The notes beneath the pieces are model-generated. The model was not told the origin of the DNA, did no database searches, and saw nothing but the letters and a program-made list of their open reading frames with translations. From assembly GCF_900184705.1 (NCBI RefSeq), contig NZ_LT859958.1, forward strand, positions 793,081 through 825,080: DNA of 32,000 bases, written 5' to 3'. A program made the position numbers and the translations under genes. The DNA comes from Candidatus Brevifilum fermentans. GTDB lineage: Bacteria; Chloroflexota; Anaerolineae; Anaerolineales; Anaerolineaceae. The first letter of the stretch is position 1, and each line of letters opens with the position of its first letter. Positions 27,221 through 32,000 of the stretch are shown piece by piece.

Positions 27221-28066
27221 GTGGACAACGCTTTGAGGAAAATCAAAAAAATCATTCACGGAAGACACGCCATTGACGGCGCCGGCGTACACCTGGTGCG
27301 CTTGTTCGGGCACGATGAAACCCAGGATTTCGATCCCTTCCTGCTGATGGACGCCTTCGATTCCACCAACCCCGAGGATTACATCCGCGGATTCCCCTGG
27401 CACCCGCATCGCGGCATTGAGACAGTAACTTACCTGATCAAAGGCGATCTGGAACACGGCGATAGCCTGGGCAACCGGGGCAGCATTCTGGATGGCGACT
27501 GCCAGTGGATGACGGCGGGCTCTGGCATCATTCACCAGGAGATGCCCCAGCCAACGGAGCGCCTTTTGGGCTGCCAGCTCTGGCTTAATTTACCCGCCAG
27601 GGACAAGATGACCGCACCGGCGTATAACGATATCCTGTCTGCTGATGTGCCAGTGGTTGATGAGGACTCAGCCCGTGTGCGTATCATCGCTGGGGCGTAC
27701 AGGGGGCAGCAGGGCGCGTTTGAGGGCAAATTTGTCAAGCCCCTGTACCTGGATATTGAGGTCCAAGCTGGTCAGGTGTGGCAGCTGGATACCGTCCCGA
27801 ACACGACCCTGTTTGTTTATATTCTGTCGGGTTCAGCCGGATTTGACCCCGCAATCGATCAGCAGATTGATGAAAAGAGCGTGGTTTTATTCGATGAAGG
27901 TGAGCGCTTGTGGGTGCGTGCGGGTGCTGCTGGCGTGCGGTTGTTGTTGCTCAACGCGCCCCGGTTGGATGAGCCAATCGCCTGGGGCGGTCCGATTGTG
28001 ATGAATACTCGGGAGGAGCTAAATCAGGCGTTCAGTGAATTGCGCGAGAACACGTTTATTAAGTAA
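27221..28066 (+). CDS. Pirin family (bicupin) protein
   Basis: GFPWHPHRGIETVTYLIKGDLEHGDSLGN metal-binding cupin motif. GTG 27221 has GAAAAGGA 9 nt upstream; the ORF track start is ATG 27155. Confidence 0.88.
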   Translation: MDNALRKIKKIIHGRHAIDGAGVHLVRLFGHDETQDFDPFLLMDAFDSTNPEDYIRGFPWHPHRGIETVTYLIKGDLEHGDSLGNRGSILDGDCQWMTAGSGIIHQEMPQPTERLLGCQLWLNLPARDKMTAPAYNDILSADVPVVDEDSARVRIIAGAYRGQQGAFEGKFVKPLYLDIEVQAGQVWQLDTVPNTTLFVYILSGSAGFDPAIDQQIDEKSVVLFDEGERLWVRAGAAGVRLLLLNAPRLDEPIAWGGPIVMNTREELNQAFSELRENTFIK

Positions 28067-28126
28067 CACGGGTTAAATTCGCCTGGACAAACGAGCCATT
28101 CCGATTGCCCGGCGAACACTTGTAGA

Positions 28127-28177
28127 TCATCAACAACAGCCGCGAAAGAGACCTTTCGCGGCTGTTTGTGTTGATGA
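28127..28177. terminator. Long imperfect hairpin, bidirectional terminator between convergent pirin and ABC operon
   Basis: TCATCAACAACAGCCGCGAAAG ... CTTTCGCGGCTGTTTGTGTTGATGA. The core is a 12-bp GC-rich stem (CAGCCGCGAAAG/CTTTCGCGGCTG), followed by TTTGTGTTG. Confidence 0.7.
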
Positions 28178-28188
28178 TGATTGTTGTT

Positions 28189-29691
28189 TTACACAGCTTT
28201 TATTTCTGTCGGAGTTTCCTGGCCGACATCCAGGCTTTCTAATTCTTCTGGTGGTTCTTCGGTCTTTTTCTCGACCATTTTCCAGGCGTGCATGGCAAGC
28301 GATAGGGCAATGACGCCGTAAGAGACGAACACCCGGAAATATTCACCGATCTGGGCATTGTCGAACAGGTTTTTACCCGCTTGCGGGGCGACGATGAACA
28401 GGGTATGGAAGAGGATCACACCGATGATGGCTTGTTTATTGGTCGCTTTTTGGACCGAAGCCCCGCCGACCAGCAATGCAGCGATGGCAAATTGTGCAAT
28501 TTGCAGGTGTGCGCCGTAGGTGGCAAAGGTGCCAATATTCTGCAGATAGATCAACTGCCCCCAACTCGCCAGAACGGTAGAAATGATCATGGCAATGACT
28601 CGAGTCTGGTTGACATTGATTCCTGACGCCAGGGCGACGCTCTGGCTCTGTCCGGTCGTGCGCATATTCTGACCCAAACGCGTATCGAGGATTTTCTGGT
28701 TAAACAGGCATAGCACACCAATTAACAGGAAAGGCAACACCGGCATTTTAACGGTCAGAAGTATTGTTTCTATTTCCGGAATGTATGTTGCAGCATACAG
28801 CGCTGCGCACAGGATGATGGTCAGCACTGGTTTGCGGATGGAGTACTCTTCCTCTTTTAAGATCAGTTTCTTCCGCACAATATTGATTAGCTGTAAAACC
28901 GCAATGACGATCAAGCCGATGGTAACAGCACTCAGCAATTCCAATCGATCTGCGAATAAAAAGGTTTCAATGACCGGGATATAGGAAATCCCAAATAGAA
29001 CTGCAATCACCGCAAACTGGAAGAAATCGCTACGTTTGAGTGTGTATTTCTTCAAAAAGTGAAGGACAACTTTAACAACCGTTATCGCCAGGATTCCATA
29101 GAACACAACGGTGAGGATATCCAGCATGCGAATCGCGTCAAGAGAATATTTTAAGGTACCTGCGAGGTCGATGGTATTCTTTACACCCACGCCATGAGAG
29201 ATGATCAGGGTCGGGTTGTCGACCGGGATGACCCCACCGATGAGAACCAGGAATAACAACTGGTAAAGCCCATCGGCAAAAAAGCCCAGGATCAAGCCGG
29301 CAATCATTTCAGTGCCTTTCATCCTGTTGAAGAGCTTGCCAACCAGAAAACCAAAAAATGCGGCAATCGGGGTAGCAATCAATACACACAGCATCATGCC
29401 ACCGAATCCCCCAATGCCCCAATGAACGACCCAAAATAAGGCGATTTGAGCAGCAATAGCACCGATGACCATGCCAAAGTTCAACCCTAACCCGGCGATG
29501 ACAGGAATAATCAGCGCCAGGACCGTGAATGTATTTCTGCCGATGCGGGTGATGACACCATCGACGATGAACGTCATCGGGCTGCCGGATAGCAAAATGG
29601 CACCAAGACAGACCAGAGCGAAGGCAATCATTACCTTGTTTTCGAAAAGGTATGAGCCGATATTTTTGCTAATTGTTTTTATCTTCGTCAT
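28189..29691 (-). CDS. ABC transporter permease (BPD_transp_2, CUT2/BMP type), unusually long with an inserted duplicated TM module
   Basis: 500 aa polytopic protein with the permease signature region TTGQSQSVALASGINVNQTRV. The start overlaps the upstream stop as ATGA. Confidence 0.85.
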   Translation of the reverse strand: MTKIKTISKNIGSYLFENKVMIAFALVCLGAILLSGSPMTFIVDGVITRIGRNTFTVLALIIPVIAGLGLNFGMVIGAIAAQIALFWVVHWGIGGFGGMMLCVLIATPIAAFFGFLVGKLFNRMKGTEMIAGLILGFFADGLYQLLFLVLIGGVIPVDNPTLIISHGVGVKNTIDLAGTLKYSLDAIRMLDILTVVFYGILAITVVKVVLHFLKKYTLKRSDFFQFAVIAVLFGISYIPVIETFLFADRLELLSAVTIGLIVIAVLQLINIVRKKLILKEEEYSIRKPVLTIILCAALYAATYIPEIETILLTVKMPVLPFLLIGVLCLFNQKILDTRLGQNMRTTGQSQSVALASGINVNQTRVIAMIISTVLASWGQLIYLQNIGTFATYGAHLQIAQFAIAALLVGGASVQKATNKQAIIGVILFHTLFIVAPQAGKNLFDNAQIGEYFRVFVSYGVIALSLAMHAWKMVEKKTEEPPEELESLDVGQETPTEIKAV

Positions 29692-30803
29692 TGGTTTTCG
29701 CCTTTCGCTTTTGAAAGTGCATACAAGATGATGCCGTTTGAAATGATGATTCTGAGGACTTCAGGCAGTACACCAATTTGAATCACGACGTTCACCACCG
29801 GTAATGCTGTTACCAGAATACCTTGAAACAGCAGGGTACCAATAATGACATGAGGTATGGCTGCTCTGTGAACGGATGCTCCACCGATCAAAATGGCTGC
29901 AACACTGGCAAACCCCATCATCAACGGTGCGTTGTACAATTGTAGGAAGCCGTAGGTTTGCGCGTACATAATGATGCCAACGGCGCCAAACACCGTTGAA
30001 ATAACCGTTCCTAAGATACGGGTTCGGTCAACATTGATGCCACTCGAGGTTGTAAAGGTTGGATTTTCACCGCCGGCGCTCATGGCGATACCCGCTTTGC
30101 TTTGTAAAAAGAGCCAAATAACGAAGGCGCATAATACAAAAACAAGGATTAATCCCAGGGGAATGGTGACGCCGCCGACATTAAAAGCCAGCCACTTCAG
30201 CCATGCGGGTTGGGTATCTTGTATCACAGTGGGTTCACTGAGTAAACCCCCAAAGCTTCCCGCCAGGCTGGCCGTGTTACGCAGACCTTTTCCCTGCAAA
30301 GGCCAGCTCAGTTCGCCGTTTTGGAAGGAAAATGAAAGCCAAACGATGTTCATAAAGGCAATCACTGAAAAGCCAACATAGGTTGACACGGTCATTTCAG
30401 AGCCTTTTACCCTGTTGAGCAGCAACCCATATAAATATCCGAGGACTGCCGCAATGACGATGCCAATGGCAAGGGCTAAAAGAATGGTGAGCCATGGATT
30501 GGCGGCGCCGAATTTTTCAGCCCAGTTGTTAACAAAACTTACCTCCATGGATAAAACTGCCCCTAAAAGACCAGCGGAGATGCCGATTGAGATGCCAAAA
30601 TTCATCCCGATTCCGCTTTGAACACCCGGGATCATGGCAAGTACCAGGATACTGTACATTAAAACACGTCGAAGGACATCGCTGAACAATACGCCCGGAT
30701 CGAATCCCACAGCCAGTGAGGTTATCAGCAAAAGTATGAAGAAAAGCCCAATGATCAACCTGGGCAGGCCGACATTGTCAATGATGGTTTTTAATTTTTT
30801 CAT
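29688..30803 (-). CDS. ABC transporter permease (BPD_transp_2, CUT2/BMP type)
   Basis: 371 aa polytopic protein with the signature GGENPTFTTSSGINVDRTR. ATGA overlaps at both ends. Confidence 0.88.
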   Translation of the reverse strand: MKKLKTIIDNVGLPRLIIGLFFILLLITSLAVGFDPGVLFSDVLRRVLMYSILVLAMIPGVQSGIGMNFGISIGISAGLLGAVLSMEVSFVNNWAEKFGAANPWLTILLALAIGIVIAAVLGYLYGLLLNRVKGSEMTVSTYVGFSVIAFMNIVWLSFSFQNGELSWPLQGKGLRNTASLAGSFGGLLSEPTVIQDTQPAWLKWLAFNVGGVTIPLGLILVFVLCAFVIWLFLQSKAGIAMSAGGENPTFTTSSGINVDRTRILGTVISTVFGAVGIIMYAQTYGFLQLYNAPLMMGFASVAAILIGGASVHRAAIPHVIIGTLLFQGILVTALPVVNVVIQIGVLPEVLRIIISNGIILYALSKAKGENQ

Positions 30804-32000
30804 GCCAAAACCTCCTCTCGCACGCCAGCCATGGCAAGGCCATAGGCAGAATCGGGGTCATCGGGGTCCATAATGGAGAATAGTCCACCTTCAAAGACGA
30901 TACCGATCCGGTCACACAACGAGCGTAATTCCACCAATTCGGAACTGATCATAATAATGGTGGTGCCCTGTTCCCGATTGATTTTCAGAAGATAATCTAA
31001 AACGAGTTTCTTTGCGCCAATATCAATGCCGCGAGTGGGTTCTGATACGATCAGAATATTTGGGTTCATCGTCAGCGCGCGCGCCAGGCAGACTTTTTGC
31101 TGGTTTCCGCCGGAAAGGCTACCACTTGTTTGTGAAGGACCTGTGCAGCGGATATCCAGAAGTTTGATCATCTCCTGGGTGTGTTGTTCTGCTCTTGTTT
31201 TGTCAATAAATTTTAAGCCCGCAAATTTTTTAAGAAATTCTTCTTTTATTTGAATTGCTGAAAATACGATGTTGAGCTGAATCGATTCGCCCAGAAGCAA
31301 TCCGACCCCTCGTCGATCTTCCGACACAAAGGCGATATCGTTGCGCAGTGCCTCGCCCAATTTGCTGAGATCGAGTTTTTTCCCATGGACAATAATATCT
31401 CCCCTGGTTTCAAACAACCCCATTATGCCATTGATGATGCCAATTTTTCCCTGTCCAGCCAGGCCACCGAAACCAAATATTTCACCTTCGCGAATGCGGA
31501 CATCAATGCCTTTGACCATTTCCCCAGGCATGTCCACTTGAAAATTTCTTAATTCCAGGGCAATTTTCTCATCTGATATTTTGCGCTCGTTGATTTGATC
31601 TTCGTCTTCTTGCCTTTCGACTGACCGACCGATCATCAACTGGGCAATTTCAACCAGGTTGGTGTCTTTAACATTTTTTCGAGCGACAAGCTCTCCGTCA
31701 CGGAGGATCGACATGCTATCCGCAACCATCATGACCTCAGTCAGACGGTGGGTGATAAAAATGATGGCGATGCCTTTACTGGCAATGATCCGCATGATTT
31801 CAAGCAAGCGTTCCGCCTCACCTTCAGTGAGTACCGCTGTTGGCTCATCAAATACGAGGAGCTTGATACCCGTTTTATCGATCTCGCGCGCGATTTCTAC
31901 AAACTGTCGGTAACCAATTGGCATGCCTGATATTTTGGCATATTCATCAATATCCATGCCAATGTCATCAAGTGCACGCCTGGCATCTGCTGCCATTTTC
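30800..32000 (-). CDS. ABC transporter ATP-binding protein with tandem ATPase domains (N terminus lies beyond the window end)
   Basis: Visible are the end of domain 1 (LLVFDEPTAVL) and all of domain 2 (GLAGQGK, LSGGNQQKVCLARAL, ILIVSEPTRGIDIGAK). The frame stays open to nt 32000. Confidence 0.88.
   Translation of the reverse strand, partial: KMAADARRALDDIGMDIDEYAKISGMPIGYRQFVEIAREIDKTGIKLLVFDEPTAVLTEGEAERLLEIMRIIASKGIAIIFITHRLTEVMMVADSMSILRDGELVARKNVKDTNLVEIAQLMIGRSVERQEDEDQINERKISDEKIALELRNFQVDMPGEMVKGIDVRIREGEIFGFGGLAGQGKIGIINGIMGLFETRGDIIVHGKKLDLSKLGEALRNDIAFVSEDRRGVGLLLGESIQLNIVFSAIQIKEEFLKKFAGLKFIDKTRAEQHTQEMIKLLDIRCTGPSQTSGSLSGGNQQKVCLARALTMNPNILIVSEPTRGIDIGAKKLVLDYLLKINREQGTTIIMISSELVELRSLCDRIGIVFEGGLFSIMDPDDPDSAYGLAMAGVREEVLA

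Noticed and set aside
27040-27255. 71-aa minus-strand ORF and the 67-aa ORF (26959-27162) in the HDAC/pirin divergent region.
   Set aside because: They overlap a strong TTGACA/TATGAT promoter and the pirin 5' UTR. They are short and have no signals, so they are best explained as intergenic noise.

Overview
This window reads as ordinary core chromosome, not an accessory island. My guess at the source is a Chloroflexota/Anaerolineae-like bacterium. That guess rests only on gene content (archaeal-type ProRS, T-box use, membrane H+-PPase, short IF2) and is unverified.

Gene content, in order:
- 1-7.9 kb (+): the conserved nusA-ylxR-infB-rbfA-nrnA-truB-ribF cluster, extended by a double-length ThyX whose ATG overlaps the ribF stop by 8 nt.
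- 8-14 kb (+): a CPBP protease, a consensus promoter plus a complete T-box(Trp) attenuator in front of a stand-alone trpB2, an unassignable 256-258 aa protein coupled to hppA, and a small orphan ORF.
- 14.4-19.2 kb (-): tRNA-Leu(CAG), then ftsB/divIC-like, DPPT-motif methyltransferase, MazG-like, LOG-family, proS and an AlkD-like HEAT protein.
- 19.4-28 kb: cspA, DUF218, PatB/MalY-type lyase, UbiA-family prenyltransferase, pncC, a CNNM/CorC transporter behind a 484-nt non-coding gap, histidine phosphatase plus HDAC-family deacetylase, and pirin.
- 28.2-32 kb (-): the distal part of a CUT2/BMP-type ABC importer (two permeases and a truncated tandem ATPase).

I see no CRISPR array, rRNA, transposase, integrase, IS ends, phage genes or recognisable defence genes. 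I did not find a convincing novel multi-gene system.

The items most worth a second look are:
- the T-box(Trp)::trpB2 unit;
- the tandem ThyX, whose signature motif is split between its two halves;
- the unknown protein upstream of hppA;
- the long unexplained leader of the CNNM transporter.

Several start codons in the ORF track look over-extended. I give the starts I prefer and say why.
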